DNA of 64,000 nucleotides from an uncultured Chlamydiae bacterium (lineage in GTDB: Bacteria; Chlamydiota; Chlamydiia; Chlamydiales; Parachlamydiaceae), in NCBI GenBank assembly GCA_963754655.1, contig CAVWGN010000001.1, positions 2,784,001 through 2,848,000 on the forward strand, written 5' to 3'. Below, piece by piece: positions 43,208-53,080 of the stretch. The first letter of the stretch is position 1. Each line of letters begins with the position of its first letter. The translations under genes and the position numbers were made by a program. The notes under the pieces are model-generated. The model searched no databases. It was not told the origin of the DNA and saw nothing but the letters and a program-made list of their open reading frames with translations.

Positions 43208-43570
43208 CTTAATACTCCTAACGATTATTTGTATGGGAAATTAATTTTGCAGAACATTGTAATTAAAATCAAGAAAACAAATTTTAAGCAAAATAATTTA
43301 ATTTATTAAAGACTTCAAAAGATAGGAAAGACTAAGAGACGCCTTCAGATTCATTTAAAAATCAGAGCCAAACAATCAACAGTCTTTAAAAGTCAAATTT
43401 ATTAATGGAAAAAGACATAGGTCTCTGTTCAGATTAAAAGAATAGACTCATGCACTTATTGTAATGAGTGTTAGTCAAGAACTTTTATTCTTAAACGGAC
43501 ATGAAGATAGATGCAAAGTAGATAAAAATCTGTCCCCCATTCGAGCATAAAGGGGGCCCAGATAAGAGAA

Positions 43571-44536
43571 TTAAGGCTGCATGACAATGAAAATCACACC
43601 TGTTCCTTTAGCAAAAATTGCTAAACCCACAACAGTCAGCGGATTGAGAGCAAATACAAGAGGAAGAGAGGCAGCCGTAAGCTCAACTCCTGCAGCAACG
43701 AAATGAAGCAGCGCCTTGCGTAATTCTTTAGAGGCGTTTTTTTTATCCTCTTCACTGACAGCCTTATAAAGCTCGATCCCATGAATAATGGCTTGATAAG
43801 AAGCCTCGCCAACAGTTAAGACGAGTCCTGCAATTGCAATACCTCCTAAAACTGTATCTGCACCGAGCTCTATAAAAAACATAAAGACACGCGATTGGCT
43901 TCCAATGGTCGCTGCTAATTGAGATAACTCAAGAATGTGCCATTTTTGCAATGATAAGATATTGCTTCCAAGATCGGCAATGGTGAAGCAAAACATATAC
44001 AAAGATTGCGTAATCGGACGAGCTTTCTGCTCAATCATTACCTGTCCTGCAAGAATGTTTATCTGACGCGCATTTGAATAACCATGGTTGCTTAAACTCA
44101 CTCTAATGGCATCTCGAACTTCGCCTTTACTATGATATTTCTCAACAGACATGACCTCCTTAAAAACCTCATTTGCAATAGTTTTCTGCTGGTCCTGCTG
44201 AGTTGAATCTCGATAAGAAGCAGACAATGAATTTTCAATTGATTGTTTTAAGAGATCTGTGTCCAAACTATTTTTAGAAAAAATATTAACCCAATACATT
44301 AGATTTTTGTAGCTATTATAGAACTGAATCAGGTCGGTTGACTCTTTCATGACATCAATAATTTTACGCTCCTGAACTTTTCCAAGACGATATAAGTCAA
44401 CAGCTGCAAAGATTTTGACTGCTATTTGCAAGACTTTTCTACCACCCGAAGGGTTAGCGGCTATTTTTTTTACTGCATAATCTCCAGCAGTTGCCAAATA
44501 GTTAACAGGGCGAGAAACAAACTCTATTAAATCCAT
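43571..44536 (-). CDS. Hypothetical membrane protein, paralog 1
   Basis: NPSGGRKVLQIA, LQKWHILELSQLAATIGS, LAIFAKGTGV. Confidence 0.75.
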   Translation of the reverse strand: MDLIEFVSRPVNYLATAGDYAVKKIAANPSGGRKVLQIAVKIFAAVDLYRLGKVQERKIIDVMKESTDLIQFYNSYKNLMYWVNIFSKNSLDTDLLKQSIENSLSASYRDSTQQDQQKTIANEVFKEVMSVEKYHSKGEVRDAIRVSLSNHGYSNARQINILAGQVMIEQKARPITQSLYMFCFTIADLGSNILSLQKWHILELSQLAATIGSQSRVFMFFIELGADTVLGGIAIAGLVLTVGEASYQAIIHGIELYKAVSEEDKKNASKELRKALLHFVAAGVELTAASLPLVFALNPLTVVGLAIFAKGTGVIFIVMQP

Positions 44537-44764
44537 ATTACTCCCTCAAGTATCTTATTATATTAATATTTATTTATTACTTAGTTTAAAAAATTAAATC
44601 TTTAAGCTATAATTATATCAACTTATAACATTAATATAAATAGTTTCGTAAAAAATTATTGATAAATTTAAATAAGATTAATAAACAACATCTGTTTGTA
44701 TTTATTTACGAGGAATAAAGAGCCAGACTTTTAAATTTGCTAGAAAATAGATAAGAATTGACCT

Positions 44765-45727
44765 TTAATCCATAGGGAGAAATTTGAACTGAAGGGAAGA
44801 GCGGGAAATTCCACGCATTAATTCTTCTGAAGACATGTTTTTTTTACCCTCTAATTGCACTTCTAACAACTCTAAAGCTTGATCTCCCGCTGCAATGATT
44901 AAATTACCCTGGGTTTGATGGGCATTCAATACAGTTCCGGGTTCTGTATGCGCACAAGAGAGGATTCTTGTTCGATTGATTTTAAGGCGTTTTTTTTTCC
45001 CTCTAACTAAGACATAGCACCAAGCTCCCGGATAAGGATTAACACCTCTTACGAGATCATGCAATTTTTGTGCGGATTGATTCCAGTGTATTTCGCAATC
45101 TTCCAGCTCAATTTTTGGGGCCAATGTGGCTTGCAAATGATCTTGCGGCGTACGCGACGGCTCTGCATTCTCAAAAGTTTGAATCACATGAAGAAGAAGT
45201 TCTTTACCCGCTTCGCAAAGAGCTTGTTCCAACTCTCCAAATAGAGTTTCAGGACCAATTGGAACCTTTACCTTTTCTATCATATCGCCCGCATCCATTT
45301 TCTTGACCATATGCATAATGGTCACACCTGTTTCAGTTTCTCCTGCCATAATACAGCGTTGAATTGGAGCAGCTCCCCGATACTTAGGCAACAGGCTAGC
45401 ATGCAGATTAATACAGGCGCGGCGCGGGATGTCTAATAGAGGTTGTTTGATAATTTCTCCATAGGCTACTACGACAAATAAATCGGCGTCATACGATCTA
45501 AGCACATTGGCAAATTCAGGTGTAGAGACAATTTCTGGTTGGGAGATAGGTAAGGAAGGAACATGGGCAAGTGCCGCCATTTTGACAGGTGTTGCAACTG
45601 GAGTACCCGAGCGCCCCTTAGGTCGATCAGGCTTAGAAATGACAGCGACGATATTGACCTTGTACTGAAGCAAATATTCAAGCACGCGAGCAGCAAACAA
45701 AGGCGTTCCAAAAAAAACAACACGCAT
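44765..45727 (-). CDS. fmt: Methionyl-tRNA formyltransferase
   Basis: FFGTP.FA, INLHASLLPKYRGAAPIQ, MDAGD. Confidence 0.96.
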   Translation of the reverse strand: MRVVFFGTPLFAARVLEYLLQYKVNIVAVISKPDRPKGRSGTPVATPVKMAALAHVPSLPISQPEIVSTPEFANVLRSYDADLFVVVAYGEIIKQPLLDIPRRACINLHASLLPKYRGAAPIQRCIMAGETETGVTIMHMVKKMDAGDMIEKVKVPIGPETLFGELEQALCEAGKELLLHVIQTFENAEPSRTPQDHLQATLAPKIELEDCEIHWNQSAQKLHDLVRGVNPYPGAWCYVLVRGKKKRLKINRTRILSCAHTEPGTVLNAHQTQGNLIIAAGDQALELLEVQLEGKKNMSSEELMRGISRSSLQFKFLPMD

Positions 45728-45733
45728 ATGAAC

Positions 45734-46588
45734 CTATCTCACTAAAGCAGCCGTTTCTACCTCTTCATCTTCTTGAGGAGGAAGCTCTTCTTCGGCTCCT
45801 TGCAGGCACATTAAACCACGTTTTGTATGGCGGCAGAATTGCACAAAATGTTGAATTTCAGGCAAGGGATTTAATTCTTCTTCAATACGCTTGAGAGCTT
45901 CTTCGATATGAAGCTGAGAGCGATAGAGAAGTTTAAAGGCTTTGCTCAATTCGCGACGTGTGTCAAGAGGAAATCCATGGCGCTTCAATCCGATAATATT
46001 GAGACCTCCAAATTTATAGGGAATTCCTGCTCCGATTGTATAGGGTGGAATATCATGGGTGACACGGCTCATTCCTCCCACCATTGCATAGCGGCCAATG
46101 CGTACAAACTGATGAATAGGCGTCATACCGCCAATGATGGCGCAATCTTCTAATGTGACATGTCCAGCCAAAGTGGCATTATTGCTCATAATAACGCGAT
46201 TTCCAACTATGCAATTATGAGCCACATGGCAATAGGCCATGATCAAACAATGATCTCCCACTTGAACGATCGAATTTTCCTGACAAGAAGAATTAATCGT
46301 GACAAACTCGCGGATATCACAATTTTTGCCAATTTTAACGAGGGTCTTTTCCCCGCGATATTTGAGATCTTGTGTTTTAGTCCCGATGCTGGCTCCGGGA
46401 TAAATTGTCGTTCCCGACCCAATTGTGGTATACCCATCAATGTAAACATATGATTTAATAGTCACATTATCCTCTAAAACAACATGAGGAGAATTGATGA
46501 CAACATAAGGTTCAATGGTGACATTGCTTCCTATCTTTACGCCAGGTGCAATGATTGCTGTAGGATGAATTTGATTCGAGTTTTTCAT
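45734..46588 (-). CDS. lpxA: UDP-N-acetylglucosamine O-acyltransferase
   Basis: Hexapeptide repeats, QDLKY.GE, MAYCHVAHNC, HQFVRIG. Confidence 0.96.
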   Translation of the reverse strand: MKNSNQIHPTAIIAPGVKIGSNVTIEPYVVINSPHVVLEDNVTIKSYVYIDGYTTIGSGTTIYPGASIGTKTQDLKYRGEKTLVKIGKNCDIREFVTINSSCQENSIVQVGDHCLIMAYCHVAHNCIVGNRVIMSNNATLAGHVTLEDCAIIGGMTPIHQFVRIGRYAMVGGMSRVTHDIPPYTIGAGIPYKFGGLNIIGLKRHGFPLDTRRELSKAFKLLYRSQLHIEEALKRIEEELNPLPEIQHFVQFCRHTKRGLMCLQGAEEELPPQEDEEVETAALVR

Positions 46589-46614
46589 GGTGTCAACTGG
46601 GCTAAAAATTCTTG

Positions 46615-47079
46615 TTATATCTGACTTTTATTCACAAAGACAAATCCAATCTCAGCTTCCACGGCAATCTTATCATTGACAAGCGCTTCTGCTTTGACGC
46701 GTCCCCCTTTACCGCTAAAATGCAAACCTTGTCCCCGCAAATGGAGAACATCGCCTGGTTTAACTGGCAGACGAAATTTTGCGTGATTGACGCTAAGGAG
46801 GATAGCAATTTTATCACCAGGGCTCTTAAGATGGACCAAAATGCCTCCAGCTTGCGCTAAAGCTTCAAGAATCATCACTCCAGGCATAATGGGAACCTCT
46901 GGAAAATGTCCTTGAAAGAAAGCTTCATTAATCGTAACATTTTTTTGTGCTAGAATATAGCCTTTATCTACATCGATTTCCAAAACGCGATCAACTAAGA
47001 GAAAGGGATAGCGATGGGGTAGAATGCTCAGAATCTGTTTAATATCTAAAACTTGAGCTTGATTAGACGGGTTAACCAT
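46615..47079 (-). CDS. fabZ: 3-hydroxyacyl-ACP dehydratase
   Basis: LPHRYPFLLVDRV, GHFP..PIMPGV..LEALAQ. Confidence 0.96.
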   Translation of the reverse strand: MVNPSNQAQVLDIKQILSILPHRYPFLLVDRVLEIDVDKGYILAQKNVTINEAFFQGHFPEVPIMPGVMILEALAQAGGILVHLKSPGDKIAILLSVNHAKFRLPVKPGDVLHLRGQGLHFSGKGGRVKAEALVNDKIAVEAEIGFVFVNKSQI

Positions 47080-47960
47080 TAATGATTCTCCATCGTAATA
47101 TGATTTAAAAGGCGTTGAGCAAAAGCAAAATTAGAGGCATGTCCAGAACGAAGGGCAATGACGTGAGCATGAAAATCAAAGCCAATCAACGCAAGATCTC
47201 CAATAAGGTCTAAGATTTTATGGCGAGCCATTTCATCTGGGAAGAAAAGTCCCCCTTTGCTAAGAATGACATCATCCTTAATCACCACAGCATTATCTAA
47301 ACTTCCTCCCTTAATCAATCCCTTATCTATTAAAAAAGAAATTTCTTTATAGAGCGAAAATGTACGGCAAGGAGCAATTTCTTTCTTAAAATTTTCCTCA
47401 TTGATTAAAACAGAGTGGAATTGACCGCGCAAAAAGGAGCAACCTGGATAACTCAAAGTGTAGCTAATGCGATAGCCGTTATAGGGAAGAGCAATGAGAT
47501 GAATATCCCCTTCAGACCAATAAACAGGCTGCTGAATTTTTACAATGTGAACAGAATGTTCTTGTTCGCGCACTCCAACTTTTTCGATCATTTCGACAAA
47601 GACATCAGAACTTCCGTTTCCTACTGGCGGTTCAATGCTTGAAATCTCAATGCACAAATTATCAATTTTATAAGCTTTAATAGCCGAAAGGACATGCTCA
47701 ACAGTGTGGATGCGAACATCATTAATTCCAATAGTCGTGCTGCGAGAAGTATCTTGAACATATTCTACGGTCGCTGGAATAACAGGCTGGCTCGGCAAAT
47801 CAATGCGCTTAAAAACAATCCCTGTTCCTTCTTTAGCCGGACAAAAGCGGAGGCCGACTTCTTTTCCCGTATGAATTCCAATACCAGAAAAAGAAGTTGA
47901 ATTTTTCAATGTCCGTTGCTTGCGTACAATAGTTTCTAATGCTGGATTGACAGTAATCAC
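47079..47960 (-). CDS. lpxC: UDP-3-O-acyl-GlcNAc deacetylase
   Basis: QRTL, GIG.HTG, TVEH.LSA, RHKILDLIGDL. Confidence 0.96.
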   Translation of the reverse strand: MITVNPALETIVRKQRTLKNSTSFSGIGIHTGKEVGLRFCPAKEGTGIVFKRIDLPSQPVIPATVEYVQDTSRSTTIGINDVRIHTVEHVLSAIKAYKIDNLCIEISSIEPPVGNGSSDVFVEMIEKVGVREQEHSVHIVKIQQPVYWSEGDIHLIALPYNGYRISYTLSYPGCSFLRGQFHSVLINEENFKKEIAPCRTFSLYKEISFLIDKGLIKGGSLDNAVVIKDDVILSKGGLFFPDEMARHKILDLIGDLALIGFDFHAHVIALRSGHASNFAFAQRLLNHITMENH

Positions 47961-48198
47961 ATCAACCTTTTTTTTGATTAAGAAGTAGTACTCTTATAGG
48001 TGTATCAGCAGGGAGCATCTTAATGAACGTTAAGGATTTTGGGCAAGTTATTTTAAAGTTGATTATTCAAAAAGTGTTTTAATACTAAGAGCCCTGTCTA
48101 TTATATTTATAATGTTGACATAAAAATTATACGTAATTTAATATCAACTTAATTAAAATCACTTATATTATAATTTAATAATTAAAAAAGGATTTATT

Positions 48199-48633
48199 AT
48201 GATGGGAACTGCTAGTTTACTTATAACAACGACAATGCATGGGGTCTATGCAGGAGGCATGTCTTATTTCATGCGAGCTACAGCTTTGGATCAAAAAGTT
48301 TTTGACTTTGTGACTCCCAAATTTAGCCATGCGTTTGGATTAGGCCTAGTCGCTGGATTGACTCATCTCACCTTAAGTGCAGTCAATCGCAAACTTACCA
48401 GCACAACTTTTACACCTCAAACGGGAATGTATGCCGCAGGTTATGATAAGAAATCAGATTTTCCAAAAGTCTATGAAATTTGCCGGGCAATCATACCGAT
48501 TATCTCAGCATTCAGCTCTACTTATTTATTGAGACAAATGAACTATTCCATTCCTTACGGTTTTACTGCAGTGTGCTTGATTCCATACGTGATGATTATA
48601 GTCGCACAATCACTTCAACAGGACTTCGAGTAA
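48199..48633 (+). CDS. Hypothetical membrane protein inserted between lpxC and lnt
   Basis: ORF with AAGGA RBS, very AT-rich promoter region, several hydrophobic segments. Confidence 0.6.
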   Translation: MMGTASLLITTTMHGVYAGGMSYFMRATALDQKVFDFVTPKFSHAFGLGLVAGLTHLTLSAVNRKLTSTTFTPQTGMYAAGYDKKSDFPKVYEICRAIIPIISAFSSTYLLRQMNYSIPYGFTAVCLIPYVMIIVAQSLQQDFE

Positions 48634-48693
48634 TTTTTAGGCGATGTGTGAACTTCCATAAGGAAAAATTCACGCCTCGCGCAATTGTTATTG

Positions 48694-50391
48694 CTATCTT
48701 TCCTCCTCTTTTTTCTTCCAGCTAATTCCTCCCAAAAGGCATAAACTAGATAAGAGGATCACTGGCAGATCTCCAGATTGGGCATAAACCGTTTGGTAAT
48801 GATAAAGAGGGACACTTAAGCGAATGGAATCGGCCACTTCTTGGACTTGCATGTGATCGTCTCCTAAAACACCTACAATGCGCCCCAGGCTATCCACTCC
48901 CCCTGTCACCCCCGTATTGCAAGCCCGTACAAGGGGCATACCATTTTCTACCGTTCGTAAGCGAGCATGATCGAAGTGCTGCTTTGGCAGGCACGAATGA
49001 GGATACCATCCATCATTCGTCAAGTTAACTAATAGCTCGGCTCCCTTGACACGATTTTCGCGCATAAGATGGCCATACATTTCCTCATAGCAAATTGAAG
49101 TTCCAAAAAGGACAGGACCATCAAATATCTTGGCTCCTTTGCCGCTTGTAAAAGATCCCGTAATGCCATATTGAGCGGCCAATCGTTGGCACCAGGCAAA
49201 GGGAATATATTCCCCCATCGGCACCAAGACTTGCTTTTCATAGCGCTTAGGCAATTGATTGCTTCCAGGAATAAAATGAAAAGCTGCACTGTAAGATTCT
49301 GCCTTGCGTTGATTGACATAAAAGCTATCTTCCAATCCGATTATGACGTGCGCCTGAAAAAAATTGGCCAGTGTTTGCGCCAAATAAGCATTGGAAACAA
49401 GCCATTGTCTCCCAGTCCCATTGTTAGCCCATAATGAATCGATATAGGGGCTTTCAGCATGGGAAGGAAATGCTTTTGAGACATCTCCAAATAGTTCCTG
49501 AAATAAAGATTGAACTTCATCGACAGGAAAAACGTGATGATAAGTTCCATAGGGAACAAGGTATTCGGGAAATACGATCAGATCAATTGTCTGCCCGACG
49601 TGTTTTTGCAAGGTAGAAAGAGCCTGGCGCCATTCACCTAGAACAAATTGACGCGCCTCATCAGCACTTTGAAAGGTCAGATTTTCTTCTATGGGGAGGG
49701 CAGATTGTACAAGAACAACTTGCAAAGTTTTTGAATGGTGCACAAAGGCCTGTTCATGTAGAGTCAGATGCCCCCAGCCAACTGCATAAGGCAATAAGGC
49801 CGCTCCCCCCCCTGCGGCCCACTTCAACCAAGACTTAGGCTGAATCCAAGCACGCAAAAAGAGAAGATTCGTCAGAATCACCCAAAAAGACAATCCGTAA
49901 ATGCCTCCTAAAGAGGCCAATTGCAAAGGATAAAGCGCACTGGATAGGGATAAACCCACTGGATTGAAGGGCAAGCCAGAAAGAAGAAATAAACGGGACC
50001 ATTCCAACAGTGTCCATAAACCCGCTAAAGCCAAGAGTCGGGGAAAATGACGAAAAGTCTGAGGTTTAATCCAAATGGCCACCAATCCCCATTGCGCTCC
50101 CATCAGCCAGGCACAAAAGAGAGTCACGCCGTAAATATAAAGATAAGGATGCGAGAAAAACCAAGAAAGCTGCACCACTTGAACGCCTGCATACCAACCC
50201 ATTGCCACGCAAAAACGTTCCTTGGCATTGGGAATCTCTAAAAGAACTCTCCAAAAACAGGCAAATCCTCCAATGGCCGCAACAAGCCCCAGCCACCCGC
50301 TCCAAAGTGGCTGGCCAAAAGCCACAATGACAAAGGAAAGAACGAGCAAGCCGCTCTTTTGCCAAGAGGTTAAAGAAAAAATTTCATTCAT
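48694..50391 (-). CDS. lnt: Apolipoprotein N-acyltransferase
   Basis: Multi-TM N-terminus, VFPE, K..LVP.GEYIP, ICYE, N.TNDGW, RACNTGV. Confidence 0.94.
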   Translation of the reverse strand: MNEIFSLTSWQKSGLLVLSFVIVAFGQPLWSGWLGLVAAIGGFACFWRVLLEIPNAKERFCVAMGWYAGVQVVQLSWFFSHPYLYIYGVTLFCAWLMGAQWGLVAIWIKPQTFRHFPRLLALAGLWTLLEWSRLFLLSGLPFNPVGLSLSSALYPLQLASLGGIYGLSFWVILTNLLFLRAWIQPKSWLKWAAGGGAALLPYAVGWGHLTLHEQAFVHHSKTLQVVLVQSALPIEENLTFQSADEARQFVLGEWRQALSTLQKHVGQTIDLIVFPEYLVPYGTYHHVFPVDEVQSLFQELFGDVSKAFPSHAESPYIDSLWANNGTGRQWLVSNAYLAQTLANFFQAHVIIGLEDSFYVNQRKAESYSAAFHFIPGSNQLPKRYEKQVLVPMGEYIPFAWCQRLAAQYGITGSFTSGKGAKIFDGPVLFGTSICYEEMYGHLMRENRVKGAELLVNLTNDGWYPHSCLPKQHFDHARLRTVENGMPLVRACNTGVTGGVDSLGRIVGVLGDDHMQVQEVADSIRLSVPLYHYQTVYAQSGDLPVILLSSLCLLGGISWKKKEEER

Positions 50392-50452
50392 CTGAAGGAT
50401 TCAATTAATATTTAATTTCAAAAGAGACCGCTAGCAAACAAATGGCATAAAC

Positions 50453-52906
50453 TTAATATACTAAAGAGTTTAACTCAGAACTATTTAATTTCGAAGAGAT
50501 AATTTTATCTAATAAGACCAGTGGAGGAAGAGAAGGTTCTTCCGCTAATCCCTGATGATAAATAACAGTAGAGGGAGTCAGGGCGGGCAACGTATTGGCC
50601 TCAATTAAAATCATTTTTTCGGTTAGCCGATTAAAGAAAATATCTAGGCGAGCATAATTTTGGATTTTCAACGCTTGCGCAGCTTTTTCCACAAGTAACT
50701 TAATCTTTTGGGTGGCAGAAGAGGAAAGAATCTCTGTGGGAGGTGGCGTGAGATTGATCCCGGTGCCTCCTTGAAATTTTTCTTCTAAGCTAAGAATGGC
50801 TCCTTCTGCTACTGTGATGCTGGGATTCAAGGCATGATAGATGCCTCTTTGCTCTAGAATTCCAACAGTGAGTTCAATCCAGCCTTCTTTCGGAATAAAA
50901 TTCAATTCACTCTGCTCAATGACAATGCCATCCGTTTCGATATAGGGTTCTAAGAGGTACTCTCCTGTCAAGGAGGAAGGCATTTCAATGGTTCCAAATT
51001 GATTGGCAAATGCAAAAGGGGGAATAAACGCTGCTTTTTGATACAAAAAATGACAATAGCGTTCAAGATCTTCCGCTGATTGCAACAGCACAATCCCTGC
51101 CGAACAGCCATCGCAACGAGGCTTCACAATGAGGCGCTGGCTTGCTAATTCCTGGCACCACTGCTGCCACAAACTTTCGAAATCTGTAATTGAGCATCCT
51201 TCAAATTGCGCGAGGCAAACACTTTTTTTAGGAATTGTGAAGATTTCTGAATCAGCTAAGCGCTGAATTGTTTGCCCTGTCAAATATTTGTCCATGCATA
51301 GCGCAGAGACTTTTGAATCTGAGCCATTAAAAGGAATCTGGTAGGATTCTAAATGGCGCTGCAACGTGCCATTTTCCCCTTCTCCTCCATGCAAAGCAAT
51401 AAAAACAAATGCATTGTTTTTCCGAGCGCGGTCCATAAATTGATTTAAAGGCATCTGGATTGGTTGAGAGTGGGGCTTTGATTGAATGCCGAGTTTTAAC
51501 CGAATGGCATCGATAAGATTGTGCCAATTTTCCTTTTCTTCCTGTGCACTCAGACAATTGGCATAAATCTCTTCAACTGTATGATTAAGAGTAAAAGAAT
51601 AAGGCAATTCCCAGATCCCTCCTTGAGGATCAAAAAGAAAAGGAATAGGTGCATGATAGTGAGATTGCAAAAGTTTGAGCCAGACATTGGTTCCGCTCAT
51701 AAGGGAAACTTGACGCTCAGCATTGTGGCTACCGAATAAAACATAGACAGGCAATTTTGATTGATGAGTTTCCTTCTTTTCTTCTACCGGAAATGTCAGT
51801 CCATACCGTTGACAAGTTCTTTTGAGGATATATTCCAACGCTTGCTGATGCGTCATTCCAAGAAGAGAGGCTTGGCGGAAAAGAAAACTATTTTGTTCTA
51901 ATCCGCTAACGGGATTAATATCTGTGAAATAAAGACTTTTCTCTTTCACAACCCATCCATCTAAGCGCACAAAATCACGCATTCCAAACAATTTGAAGAT
52001 CTGCTCTGCTTGCTTGCGAATCTCATGAGTCGTGAATGGATCAAATCTTGGAGGAGTATGATAAGCGGCCTGATTGGTCGGCAAATATTTTTTGCGGTAA
52101 TCAAAAATCTCATTGCATTCATAGCTGAGATCCACTTCTGTGGGAATCAAAGCAACAGGTTCTCCTTGCCAATTTTCAAATACGACAATGGTAAATTCTT
52201 TGCCCATGCAAAAAGGTTCGAGTAAAGCATTGCAATCCAATCCTCGTGTAAAAATTTCTTGCACTTTTGCAAAAGCCTCCTGTGGAGTCGTAACAGAATA
52301 GACTCCAATGGAAGATCCTCCAATGGCAGGTTTAACAATCGCCCTCTGCAAAGCATGCTGACGAAAAAAATCTTCAATAAGACTCTGCAGATCTTTTGTT
52401 TGATTGGAAAAAACGGCCTGAGACAGGGTAGAAAACCCATGATGGCGCAACGTTTCGGCTGCTTGATGTTTACGAAACATCCATTGGCAACAAGCACTGC
52501 TATGCCCGACAAAAGGAACATGGTAAAGCTCAAGTAATGCTTGAATGTCACCATCTTCTCCAAACGCCCCATGGATGACGGGAAAAACGAGGTCGACCGA
52601 TTTTAAAAGTTGCTCCAGAGCCGATGGATCAAGCCAAGCTGCGGTTTGGCTAAGTTTAAAATCAAAATCGGCAGGTGTATTCGAATAAAGCTGGGCATGT
52701 GAAATACGATAAAACTGCTTTTGATAGTCAACGTAAACTGGAATAATTTCAATTTGCGTTCCTTGTAAGTGGTCCATGACTGAACGCGCTGAATTAAGAG
52801 AAATTCCACGCTCTTGCGAAGGGCCTCCACAAATCACAGCCAGTTTAAAGCGCGATACTTGCATAATGTCTTCTTGAAATTGCTTGCCAAAGAGTTCTCC
52901 AATCAT
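50453..52906 (-). CDS. ddl: Double-domain (plant-type) D-alanine--D-alanine ligase
   Basis: Two Ddl units: GGPSQERGISLNSARS / FPVIHGAFGEDG and ERQVSLMSG / FIALHGGEGENG ... EANTLP. Confidence 0.88.
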   Translation of the reverse strand: MIGELFGKQFQEDIMQVSRFKLAVICGGPSQERGISLNSARSVMDHLQGTQIEIIPVYVDYQKQFYRISHAQLYSNTPADFDFKLSQTAAWLDPSALEQLLKSVDLVFPVIHGAFGEDGDIQALLELYHVPFVGHSSACCQWMFRKHQAAETLRHHGFSTLSQAVFSNQTKDLQSLIEDFFRQHALQRAIVKPAIGGSSIGVYSVTTPQEAFAKVQEIFTRGLDCNALLEPFCMGKEFTIVVFENWQGEPVALIPTEVDLSYECNEIFDYRKKYLPTNQAAYHTPPRFDPFTTHEIRKQAEQIFKLFGMRDFVRLDGWVVKEKSLYFTDINPVSGLEQNSFLFRQASLLGMTHQQALEYILKRTCQRYGLTFPVEEKKETHQSKLPVYVLFGSHNAERQVSLMSGTNVWLKLLQSHYHAPIPFLFDPQGGIWELPYSFTLNHTVEEIYANCLSAQEEKENWHNLIDAIRLKLGIQSKPHSQPIQMPLNQFMDRARKNNAFVFIALHGGEGENGTLQRHLESYQIPFNGSDSKVSALCMDKYLTGQTIQRLADSEIFTIPKKSVCLAQFEGCSITDFESLWQQWCQELASQRLIVKPRCDGCSAGIVLLQSAEDLERYCHFLYQKAAFIPPFAFANQFGTIEMPSSLTGEYLLEPYIETDGIVIEQSELNFIPKEGWIELTVGILEQRGIYHALNPSITVAEGAILSLEEKFQGGTGINLTPPPTEILSSSATQKIKLLVEKAAQALKIQNYARLDIFFNRLTEKMILIEANTLPALTPSTVIYHQGLAEEPSLPPLVLLDKIISSKLNSSELNSLVY

Positions 52907-53080
52907 TATGGCTATCCTTTCTTTTCCCTACAAGTTTTCTTAATTCGAGATCGCTATTCGCAAGTTAAAGGAATAAACAATCACCTCTGGACACTAATAG
53001 GTCAGACCAAGCAAAATGGTTGTATAATCAAAAAACTTCCTCTTAAAGCAAGCGCTTACAATTTTAATACAATCTACTGA

